Assembly (NCBI GenBank): GCA_023133415.1
Contig: JAGLWM010000001.1
Span: 13,207-77,206, forward strand
Origin: Candidatus Pacearchaeota archaeon
GTDB lineage: Archaea > Nanobdellota > Nanobdellia > Pacearchaeales > GW2011-AR1
Reading direction: 5' to 3'
Length of the DNA: 64,000 nucleotides
The notes beneath the pieces were generated by a model, which saw nothing but the letters and a program-made list of their open reading frames with translations, was not told the DNA's origin and ran no database searches. The first letter of the stretch is position 1; every line of letters begins with the position of its first letter. Shown here piece after piece: positions 35,872 through 43,639 of this stretch. Made by a program: the position numbers and the translations under genes.

Positions 35872-35907
35872 TTGGTTACTTTGGTTATTTTAGTTATCAT
35901 AGTTATT

Positions 35908-36558
35908 TTAGTAATTTGGGTTATTTAGTAATAAATTTGTAAAATATAACGGACTATCAATATTTGTTAATCCGCAATTATGAATACTCTTAGTTAGTGA
36001 GGATGGAACAATTAAGCTCATAAAAACAAAATCTTTTCTGATGGTTCTAATTGGTTTTTTGGATTTTATATTATTTAGAAATACTCTTCTAAAATCTTCA
36101 TCTCTCCAAAACATTTCTTTATGTTTTTCATAATCCTTGAAGTCTTTAGATTCTAAGCTATATCTGTCAATCATTCCTTCCTTTTTGAAAACTTCTTTTG
36201 TCATTAATATTTTTTCAAACATTTCTTTAAACGAACCTACGACATCTTTGTGACTTTTGTCAATAAATCTTTCAAGAACAGCATTAATGAATCTGGTTTC
36301 TTCTCCATCAAAATTTCCGAGAGGGAATAAATCAGCTTTGTATAATTTTTTATTACAGGTTATTTTATTTGTGTGGGTTTGCCTAATCATTTTAGCATTC
36401 AATAATTCTAAAATCCATTTATGAATTGTTCCTCTCTGATTAGGATTGTTATAAATTAAAATTGCCAAGTCTGTCTCTGACATATCTTCACATAGAAGTA
36501 ATCCGTAAATCTTTCTAGGAATTTCTTTGTTTAGTAATTCAATTGTACTATTCGCCAT
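35908..36558 (-). CDS. Element ORF: protein with an N-terminal wHTH-like domain
   Basis: SETDLAILIYNNPNQRGTIHKWILELLNAKMIRQ. 216 aa. Confidence 0.4.
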   Translation of the reverse strand: MANSTIELLNKEIPRKIYGLLLCEDMSETDLAILIYNNPNQRGTIHKWILELLNAKMIRQTHTNKITCNKKLYKADLFPLGNFDGEETRFINAVLERFIDKSHKDVVGSFKEMFEKILMTKEVFKKEGMIDRYSLESKDFKDYEKHKEMFWRDEDFRRVFLNNIKSKKPIRTIRKDFVFMSLIVPSSLTKSIHNCGLTNIDSPLYFTNLLLNNPNY

Positions 36559-36585
36559 ATAACTGTACTGTCTAAGTACAGTTAT
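36559..36585. promoter_or_regulatory. Perfect 11-bp inverted repeat (ATAACTGTACT-N5-AGTACAGTTAT) in a divergent promoter region
   Basis: Read directly from the sequence. It starts 1 nt upstream of start codon 36556-36558 of the minus-strand gene and lies before the plus-strand RHH-like gene. Confidence 0.5.
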
Positions 36586-36697
36586 AAACTTTGTGTTTTT
36601 AGGTCGAATATGGAAGAAATAGAAAACAAACTAAATAAGCTTCAATCAAAGATGGACGCCTTAGAGTTGAGATTGATGAGGAAGCTAATGAACGGAA

Positions 36698-36901
36698 ATG
36701 AAAAAGAACTCCCAACTCCATGTAGTTATTGAAACTCATAAACTTAATCGATTAAAAGAGGAGGCGAAGGAGCAAAGAGTTTCCTTGTCGGAATTGTGTC
36801 GGCAAAAATTGAAACCTCGACCTCAAATGGATAGGATTGAAAATAAGCTGGATAAATTATTGAAGAATGGAAAAAATGGAGGCAATGCCTCCAAAAAATA
36901 A
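36698..36901 (+). CDS. Element ORF: ribbon-helix-helix-like small protein
   Basis: QLHVVIETHKLNRLKEEAKEQRVSLSELCRQKL follows a beta-strand/helix/helix pattern. Confidence 0.4.
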   Translation: MKKNSQLHVVIETHKLNRLKEEAKEQRVSLSELCRQKLKPRPQMDRIENKLDKLLKNGKNGGNASKK

Positions 36902-36925
36902 AAATAGCCTTAACCCATCATGAAA

Positions 36926-37435
36926 TTATTCGTAACGGGTCGCCGTCCTTTTCCAGGAAAATTTCGGCAAGTCTTTGAGATAATTATTGTCCCAACACCA
37001 CTCTATAACAATTTCTTGAGAGCGTCCGTCTGGATTATCCTCTTTAGTAGTTTTTGTTAACTTTTTTAGGCTTTTTTTAATTGCTTCAGGCATCTTAGAC
37101 GCTATCGTCTTTGCTGAGTCAATAATTTTCAAACAATTCCTTTTTAGGTCTTTGTTAAAGTCGTCAATATTTCCATATTTACCATCAGATTTTTCAGCAA
37201 CAGGGAAAGACCTAGACCTTCCACCTTTACTTCTTACTGAAAGCAAGCCATATGGTTTTATGTATTCTGTAACATATCTACCAACTTGATTTCGTGGCTT
37301 CTTAATTCCGCGAGCGATTTCGGTAATAGTAACCCCTTTCTCTGCTACCACTGGGCTATTTTTTACATAGTAAACAATTCTGCTTACTAAATCTAAATCA
37401 ATACGTGGGTGTTCAGTCACCAATTTTGTATTCAT
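36926..37435 (-). CDS. Element ORF: wHTH DNA-binding protein
   Basis: VSRIVYYVKNSPVVAEKGVTITEIARGIKKPRNQVGRYVTEYIKPYGLLSV. Confidence 0.45.
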   Translation of the reverse strand: MNTKLVTEHPRIDLDLVSRIVYYVKNSPVVAEKGVTITEIARGIKKPRNQVGRYVTEYIKPYGLLSVRSKGGRSRSFPVAEKSDGKYGNIDDFNKDLKRNCLKIIDSAKTIASKMPEAIKKSLKKLTKTTKEDNPDGRSQEIVIEWCWDNNYLKDLPKFSWKRTATRYE

Positions 37436-37717
37436 ATTAAGTAATAGGGCGAGTAAGTAAAAAGCGCATCACCCCCTCCTCCTTTCAAAACTGCTAAGAT
37501 TCCAAAGTCAATCAAAACACTTAAATACAATCTTTCGTACGTATATTTGTCTAGAATATTTGTAGAAAGATTGTTTTTCTTACTTGAATTTAGTTGGTTA
37601 ATATTATTTTTCATGATAAAATATCAAAATTAATTAGATTTATATACTTCCGAAGACTTAGACTATTGTAACGAGAGGCTAGTTTTGACGGAAGTGTTGA
37701 AGCTAGTTTCTTTATTT

Positions 37718-38140
37718 TTAACTTTGATGATGCCCCTTTAATTTATATTTAAACATACCATCTACTTTTTTTCTGTCGAGCTCTCCCCTTCTAGATAACA
37801 TTGTTAATGTGGGGTGTAAGCTACTATTCGGCATTGGAGTATTACTTGAAAATTCTATTTTTTCCCTTATTTCTTTTAGTGTTTTAAAATCTTCTAAAAA
37901 TCCATCCTGTATCAATTTTCTAATTTCTTTTATTGGACTTAGTTTCTTGTGATGGATATTTTCATTGTAATTGTTATAAATTTCTTCCTCAAAACGTCTA
38001 TGTCTAAATTCAAGGTCTCTTCTGAACATAAATTCTCTCTTTTGAATGTCTCGGATAACTGAAGATACTTCTGATGGACTTCCCTCTATGTTTATTTTTA
38101 ATCCAGTTGAGCTTCTTACTTCGGCATTCATTTTATCCAT
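37718..38140 (-). CDS. Element ORF: hypothetical protein with a C-terminal wHTH-like segment
   Basis: SSLHPTLTMLSRRGELDRKKVDGMFKYKL. Confidence 0.35.
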   Translation of the reverse strand: MDKMNAEVRSSTGLKINIEGSPSEVSSVIRDIQKREFMFRRDLEFRHRRFEEEIYNNYNENIHHKKLSPIKEIRKLIQDGFLEDFKTLKEIREKIEFSSNTPMPNSSLHPTLTMLSRRGELDRKKVDGMFKYKLKGHHQS

Positions 38141-38376
38141 GCATATTTATACAAATCACCCTTTATAAATGTTTGTATAAGTTAGTTGATATTTTGACTA
38201 TTTTCCAGGTAAAACACCATATTTATGCCATATTTCTATATAACTTCTATATAATTATATTATTTCTTAAAAATTCGTCTAAGTACAAATAACTCTCCCT
38301 TGCCCCACTCTGTCAAATCTTTCTTCTTTTCCAAATCCAAACTATCAAGATAACTTTCCAAAGTTCATCCAATAAC

Positions 38377-39570
38377 TTACCCTTGATTAATAATTGCCTG
38401 GGCTTGTGCATTTTCTAACCTCCCGAATACAATATCAACTCTGTCTATCGTCTCAATAAACGTATCTAGACGCCCCTCAATAGCCGTCAGTCGCTCTTCC
38501 ATCATCTCCTTGGACTTATCGACCTCTTGGAGTTTTTGCTCTATCTCGGTCTTCGTAGTGTCTAGAAACATATCGTCCTCTTGGATTGTATCTTTCATCC
38601 CGAGAAGTTCAGAATAATAATGAATTTTATCGGATTTCTTCCAGCCAAATCTATATTTCAAAGCTGATTCAGATTTATACCTTGGAAGCCAATAACAACA
38701 AGAGCAATGCCGAAAATCATACATTGTTAAGTTCTTATATTGTTTTCCTGCCTCACTCATCTCATTACCGAAAACTCTTTTTGCTAGACGCTTTAGGTAT
38801 TTGTTTGCCGAGAAAGGCTGGATAATAAAAAGATAGTCTTCTGGTTTTAGCTCTTTTTCTCTGACATAACTTTCTACTAATTCGGAAGAAAGCATAAGCT
38901 TTATTCTTCGTCCAAAAGTTTTACTTACTTCATCCCGAACATTAACTTCTTTGAAATTATTGTATAAGTCAGAAACCCTGATGTTCATTAATTCGCTTGG
39001 GGCTCTCATTCCTGTGTCAAATAAAAACATAATCATAACTTTGTATTCCCATTTTGTATTGTCGCATAATTTCTTGATTTGCTCTTCGGTTAGGTATACC
39101 CATTTTGGCTTTTCTCCTCTAACATCTAGGTCAAGGGTTATATCTAGAATTTCTACCCCATTTTTTCTATTAACTATTTGGTGCCAATGCCAGAAGGCTT
39201 TGAAGATTTTAACAAAGGTGGGAATTGATAGATAGGTTTTCCCATCTTGCCTAACAATTTCACCCTTTCTCATTCTTGAAAAAAATAACATTATTTGCTC
39301 TTCTCTGATTTTAGTTATATCATTTAGGCTATATATCTCATGAAATTTATTAGAGAAATAAACCATCTTTTCTGCTAAGGAATTTAATCTAATATAGCTT
39401 CGTCCACCCTTGACGCTCTTCGATGAGACGTTAAGTCCGTGTTCCATGTCGTGAAGATATTGTTTTATTATTTCGGAGTTCTTTTTGCTGATGCCTGGGA
39501 TTCCTTTTGCGGTTTTCTTTTCCCATCGCTCCCATCTTTCTTTATGTTTATACGGGTCTATCTTTTCCAT
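38377..39570 (-). CDS. Tyrosine recombinase/integrase
   Basis: DTGMRAPSEL (Arg I region), MYDFRHCSCCYWL (H-x-x-R region) and the C-terminal HYYSELLG (catalytic Tyr region). Adjacent to the tRNA att site. Confidence 0.75.
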   Translation of the reverse strand: MEKIDPYKHKERWERWEKKTAKGIPGISKKNSEIIKQYLHDMEHGLNVSSKSVKGGRSYIRLNSLAEKMVYFSNKFHEIYSLNDITKIREEQIMLFFSRMRKGEIVRQDGKTYLSIPTFVKIFKAFWHWHQIVNRKNGVEILDITLDLDVRGEKPKWVYLTEEQIKKLCDNTKWEYKVMIMFLFDTGMRAPSELMNIRVSDLYNNFKEVNVRDEVSKTFGRRIKLMLSSELVESYVREKELKPEDYLFIIQPFSANKYLKRLAKRVFGNEMSEAGKQYKNLTMYDFRHCSCCYWLPRYKSESALKYRFGWKKSDKIHYYSELLGMKDTIQEDDMFLDTTKTEIEQKLQEVDKSKEMMEERLTAIEGRLDTFIETIDRVDIVFGRLENAQAQAIINQG

Positions 39571-39665
39571 AAAAATCTTAGATAAAAATTCTTTATATAA
39601 AACTTGTAGAAGTGTTGTAGGCTTACAATAGTTGTAGGCGATTTTGGGAAAATAAGAATTAAATT

Positions 39666-40805
39666 TTACTTAGTTTCTTTATATTGAAAATCATAATTTC
39701 TAGTAGTTATGGTTTCAACTACTTTGACAACTTCTATAATTAATTGTTTTGCTCTCTTCTTGTCTGTATCCATTTTTACAATTGACCTTAATACTGGAAA
39801 CTTGTCCGAGGTCATGTAAGTGGGCTTTGGTTTATGTTCTCCCTTTAATGATACCATATAAGCAGGAACTACTATCTCTGGAAGAATCTTATGTAAATTT
39901 GAATGAATGTAATTATTTCTTATATGGTTTTTTATTTCCAAGAGATAGTTCTTTTCCTTTTCTATAATAATTTCTTCCTTTAAACAATCGGATAATAAAT
40001 TCTCTAAATCGTTTTCATAGTGTTCTTTTTTCTTATAATACCACATTTCTTTCAAAAATGATTCTATAAAGATTGAAAGCATACATATGGAGGCATTAAA
40101 GTTACCAAACCAAAAATTGCTAACTGCCTCATAGTACAAAGATTTATTTTCTATCTCTAAATGTATTTTATCATTAAGAATTGGTAACTCTCTAATCCTG
40201 TCAACGATTTCGTCTTTTTTATTCGAAAATGTTTCATATATCTTTTCTGCTTCATCTTTTTTTAGAAAATATTCTTCTTTCTTAATCTTTTTTTTATCTA
40301 ACTTCTTTTGTTTTAATATTAATTCGCTAAACTCTTTTATTGCTTTATTCAGATGTTTAATATGTTCTGAATCTTCTGAGAATCCTCTCTTTATCATTTT
40401 TTCTTTTTTATATAGGAATCTTTCCCTTTGGGCTAATAGATTTAACATAGATACAAACTCAGAAGGATTTTTTTGCGATTCAACATTAAAATTAATTTGT
40501 AGATTTTCAAAATATTCAGCTATTTTGTGTATATTATTATTTTCATCCTTAAAGGATTGAAATAATTTAGAGTCTCCCTTATGTTTTAAAAATTCCTCTT
40601 GACCGATTACCCCTTTATCAAATAAATAATCTATCAAGGTTTCTATATTGCACTCATTTTTAATCTCTCTTGCTATATAGTGGTATGTATCGTTTTTTGT
40701 TGCAACAAAATTTTTTAGAAACCCTTCCTCTATGTCTTTTTTCATAAGCTCAAATTCCTGTCTTAATTTTGCTATATCTTTTACTGGATTAGATTCTTTA
40801 GTCAT
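39666..40805 (-). CDS. Element ORF: coiled-coil protein with a C-terminal HEPN-like domain (RNxxxH)
   Basis: The C-terminal half reads YYEAVSNFWFGNFNASICMLSIFIESFLKE....LLEIKNHIRNNYIHSN. R-N-x-x-x-H is the HEPN signature (DNA ~39.90-39.93 kb). Confidence 0.45.
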   Translation of the reverse strand: MTKESNPVKDIAKLRQEFELMKKDIEEGFLKNFVATKNDTYHYIAREIKNECNIETLIDYLFDKGVIGQEEFLKHKGDSKLFQSFKDENNNIHKIAEYFENLQINFNVESQKNPSEFVSMLNLLAQRERFLYKKEKMIKRGFSEDSEHIKHLNKAIKEFSELILKQKKLDKKKIKKEEYFLKKDEAEKIYETFSNKKDEIVDRIRELPILNDKIHLEIENKSLYYEAVSNFWFGNFNASICMLSIFIESFLKEMWYYKKKEHYENDLENLLSDCLKEEIIIEKEKNYLLEIKNHIRNNYIHSNLHKILPEIVVPAYMVSLKGEHKPKPTYMTSDKFPVLRSIVKMDTDKKRAKQLIIEVVKVVETITTRNYDFQYKETK

Positions 40806-40914
40806 AGGAATTCAAATAACCTATTTTATTTAAGTCTTGACATCCCCTAAAAATCGACGGAGCGTGGGCACTTTTTGTCCATCGGAAATCCCTAGAATAT
40901 ACCGAAATGGGGAA

Positions 40915-40926
40915 ACGCTCCCACCG
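40915..40926. repeat. attR-like 12-mer ACGCTCCCACCG (tRNA-Glu 3' end)
   Basis: Identical to 32703-32714. Confidence 0.7.
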
Positions 40927-40988
40927 GGATTTGAACCCGGGTCACTGCCGTGAAAGGGCAGCATCCTTGGCCACTAGACTATAGGAGC
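40916..40988 (-). tRNA. tRNA-Glu(UUC)
   Basis: The reverse complement reads GCTCCTA TA GTCT AGTGGCCAA GGAT G CTGCC CTTTCAC GGCAG TGAC CCGGG TTCAAAT CCCGG TGGGAGC G. The cloverleaf is intact and no CCA is encoded. Confidence 0.9.
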
Positions 40989-41078
40989 ATATGTTTAATG
41001 GTTGATTTTAATTTTTAAAGGTTGTTGTTCATAGTTTTATTCGCAAAATTTTATATAGTTTATCGACGACTGTTTTTT

Positions 41079-42092
41079 ATGAGGTGCTATAGAATTAGGT
41101 TTTCTGATTTGGCCGTGTGTGAGGTTGAGGGGAAAAGTTGTCGGAAGTCTAGGGTAAAGTTTCCGGAGGCCTTGAGGGTTGCGAGGCTTTTTAGGAAGCA
41201 TGGGAATTTGGGGTTGATTCGGGATGGGAGATTTTTGATGGGTGAGTTCTGTGATAAGGGTAAAGTTATTGGGAAAAGGATTGATGTTTTGCCAGATGGG
41301 ACGAAGTTGAGCAGGGCTTTTTCGTTGTTCGCTCCGAGGTTGGCGGTTCATGATGAGAGATCGTGTGGGCATTGGGATGTTATTTTTGAAAATCCGAGTG
41401 GAAGTTTATGTTATGTTTATAGTTTGGATAAGGTTCGAATTTCGAGGGAGGAGAAGTTTAGGAGGGTTTATGATTTTGAGAGATGTTTGCCGAGGCTGAG
41501 GCGGAATTTGATGAGGGCGCTTGGGGAGGATGATTTGGCTTTGGCGATGTTGGTTTTGTTGAAGACGCGGATGAGGGTTGGAAGTGAGATTTATTATAAG
41601 AGGAATCGGCATAAGGGATTGACGACATTGAAGAAGAAGGATGTTAGGATTTCGGAGAAGAGGGTGAGATTTGATTTTATCGGAAAGGATGGGGTGCCGC
41701 AAAGGATTGAAGAGGATTTTCCTGAGAGCATTGTTGGTGAGTTGAAGCGAGTTTTGAGGAAGAGGAAGAGGGATGATTTTGTTTTTGTCGGGAAGAGTGG
41801 GCGGACTTTGAGGGATACGGATTTTGAGAGGGCATTTGAGAAGTATTGTGGCGTGAGATTTTATCCGCATATTGTTCGGTCGCATTTTGCTACGCGGGAA
41901 GTTGAGATGTTTTTGAGAAGAGGACAGGGGGATGTTAAGAAGTTTTGTTTGAGATTGGCTGGGAAGTTGGGGCATAAGAGATTTTCGAAGAAGAGTGGAC
42001 TTTGGGAGGATTCGTATGAGGTGACGTTGCATCATTATGTTAGGCCAGATTTGGTAGAACAGTTGAGTCGACGTTTTCGAGATATTAAATAA
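41079..42092 (+). CDS. DNA topoisomerase IB (poxvirus/bacterial-like small type)
   Basis: LLKTRMRVGSEIYYKRNRHKGLTTLKKKDV, VRFDFIGKDGVPQ, the RSHFAT region and the C-terminal TLHHYVRP (catalytic Tyr region). The start is moved to ATG 41079. Confidence 0.7.
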   Translation: MRCYRIRFSDLAVCEVEGKSCRKSRVKFPEALRVARLFRKHGNLGLIRDGRFLMGEFCDKGKVIGKRIDVLPDGTKLSRAFSLFAPRLAVHDERSCGHWDVIFENPSGSLCYVYSLDKVRISREEKFRRVYDFERCLPRLRRNLMRALGEDDLALAMLVLLKTRMRVGSEIYYKRNRHKGLTTLKKKDVRISEKRVRFDFIGKDGVPQRIEEDFPESIVGELKRVLRKRKRDDFVFVGKSGRTLRDTDFERAFEKYCGVRFYPHIVRSHFATREVEMFLRRGQGDVKKFCLRLAGKLGHKRFSKKSGLWEDSYEVTLHHYVRPDLVEQLSRRFRDIK

Positions 42093-42108
42093 GTGTTGTG
42101 TCTGTGAC

Positions 42109-42306
42109 TTAACCCTTGTGTTTGAAGAATTCTATTTGGCGGAAGCGTTTTAGGACTTTTTCGTAGGGGCCTTTTTCTACTAGGGTTTTGGTTTTGGTTT
42201 TATTTAGGAGTCGGAAGTCATATTGATTTGGGTCGCCTTCGATTTTGTCTTTGCCGGGATAGTCTTTCCAACGGGTTGATGATTTTGGTTTGTATTGGAG
42301 AACCAT
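42109..42306 (-). CDS. Hypothetical small basic protein
   Basis: 65-aa ORF. No motif. Confidence 0.35.
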   Translation of the reverse strand: MVLQYKPKSSTRWKDYPGKDKIEGDPNQYDFRLLNKTKTKTLVEKGPYEKVLKRFRQIEFFKHKG

Positions 42307-42385
42307 GATTTGTTGAGGAGATTGGAGTATATAATATTTTATTGTAACGGGCGGAGTACGACAATCTTTGAGTAGTACCTAAATA

Positions 42386-42393
42386 TTTATAAA
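42386..42393 (+). promoter_or_regulatory. TATA-like box (TTTATAAA) about 25 nt upstream of ATG 42415
   Basis: This spacing recurs before many genes in the window (for example 22394, 21354, 55550), consistent with archaeal leaderless transcripts. Confidence 0.45.
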
Positions 42394-42414
42394 GAATTTC
42401 TGGCTGTTGGATTT

Positions 42415-42777
42415 ATGGAAGAAAAAATAGTTACTCCTGAGGAATCTGCTTCGGTAGAATCGACGGAAGTTCCTGCAGAAGAGGCTCCTGAGGCTCCGGC
42501 TGAAGAGGTTTCTGAGGAAGTTGTCCCAGAGGTTGAAGAGGCTGTTGAAGCTGAGGAAGCACCTGTTGAGGAAGTTGTGGAAGCTCCCGTAGAAGAGACT
42601 AGTGAAGAAGCTGCTACGGAAGAAGAAGCTTCTCCTGAGGCTGAAGAAGCGCCTGTTGAAGAGGCTCCTGCTGAGGAAGCGCCTGTTGAAGAAACGGAAG
42701 CTCCTGATGAAGAAGAGAAGGTAGAAGCTGAATCTGGGGAAGAGGGCGAGGCTGAAACTTCTGAAGAGACGGCTTAA
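42415..42777 (+). CDS. Acidic low-complexity (E/A/P/V-rich) protein
   Basis: 120-aa ORF with a TATA box upstream and a hairpin terminator downstream. It is built from imperfect GAAGAGGCTCCTG-type repeats. Confidence 0.45.
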   Translation: MEEKIVTPEESASVESTEVPAEEAPEAPAEEVSEEVVPEVEEAVEAEEAPVEEVVEAPVEETSEEAATEEEASPEAEEAPVEEAPAEEAPVEETEAPDEEEKVEAESGEEGEAETSEETA

Positions 42778-42809
42778 TCCTTTGCATAAATTTTTTATTT
42801 TTAGAAGCT

Positions 42810-42840
42810 GTCGGGCGAGAAATCGCCGACGGGATTTTTT
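42810..42840 (+). terminator. Hairpin plus T-run
   Basis: GTCGGGCGA-GAAA-TCGCCGAC stem-loop followed by GGGATTTTTT. Confidence 0.5.
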
Positions 42841-42999
42841 GAATTCTTTGAGGAAAAATAATATGTGTAAAAAACTATTATTTATATGATTGCCTAGATT
42901 AATTTGACGAATTTACTTCGATAATAAACTTTTTATACCGAATTCTCGATTAAATATTATATCCTGCCAACGCGCTTAAAATTGGGTGGGGCATACAAT

Positions 43000-43071
43000 G
43001 ACGGTTGTAGTTCAATGGTAGAATGTACGGTTGTGGTCCGTGAGACGCGAGTTCGATTCTCGCCTTCCGTC
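43000..43071 (+). tRNA. tRNA-His(GUG) with encoded G-1
   Basis: G-1 (43000) pairs with discriminator C (43071). D arm GTTC-AATGGTA-GAAT. Anticodon loop TTGTGGT (GTG at 43033-43035). T arm GCGAG-TTCGATT-CTCGC. The acceptor stem ACGGTTG/CTTCCGT has two U-U oppositions. Confidence 0.75.
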
Positions 43072-43093
43072 TTAAAAGTGGAAAGTAAATAAA

Positions 43094-43639
43094 ATGGTAA
43101 ACTTGTATTTTATAACTGGTAATAGAAATAAATTTGTTGAAGCAAAAAGTGTTATTGCTAATGTTGAGCAGATTGATTTAGATTTGCCCGAAATTCAGGA
43201 AATTGATGCTCATAAAATTATTGAAGAAAAACTGAAAAAGGCTGTTGAGAATAATTCCGGGGAGTTTTTTTGTGAGGATACTTCCTTGTATATTAATTGT
43301 TTGAATGGTTTGCCGGGTCCTTTGATAAAATGGTTTCTTGAAGCGTTAGGTGTTGATGGAATATATAATCTGATTGAGAAGTATCCTGATAAAAGTGCTG
43401 TTGCAAAAACTATTATTGGCTATATTAATGGCAATAATATTGCATTTTTTGAAGGAGAGGTTAGAGGATCAATTGTTTCGCCTAGAGGAGAAAGTGATTT
43501 TGGGTGGGATAAAATTTTTCAACCGGAAGATTCTGAAAAAACTTTTGGTGAAATGGATTTGGAAGAAAAAAATAATTTTAGTATGAGAAAGAAAGCTTTA
43601 ATTAGATTGAAAAATTATTTAGACGAGGTAAAAAAATGA
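43094..43639 (+). CDS. Non-canonical purine NTP pyrophosphatase (HAM1/ITPase)
   Basis: FITGNRNKFVEAK, EDTSL, PGP and FGWD motifs. Confidence 0.8.
   Translation: MVNLYFITGNRNKFVEAKSVIANVEQIDLDLPEIQEIDAHKIIEEKLKKAVENNSGEFFCEDTSLYINCLNGLPGPLIKWFLEALGVDGIYNLIEKYPDKSAVAKTIIGYINGNNIAFFEGEVRGSIVSPRGESDFGWDKIFQPEDSEKTFGEMDLEEKNNFSMRKKALIRLKNYLDEVKK

Larger units (their letters stand above)
32715..40914. mobile_element. Integrated element (provirus or integrative plasmid) in tRNA-Glu
   Basis: Bounded by the 12-bp direct repeat. A tyrosine recombinase lies next to the tRNA-proximal end. The ORF block is AT-rich and made of small DNA-binding proteins. Confidence 0.7.

Noticed and set aside
36610-36732. 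A 40-codon ORF (MEEIENKLNKLQSKMDALELRLMRKLMNGNEKELPTPCSY) in the element's divergent region.
   Set aside because: It overlaps the RHH-like ORF by 35 nt in another frame and has no supporting motif. It is left unannotated.
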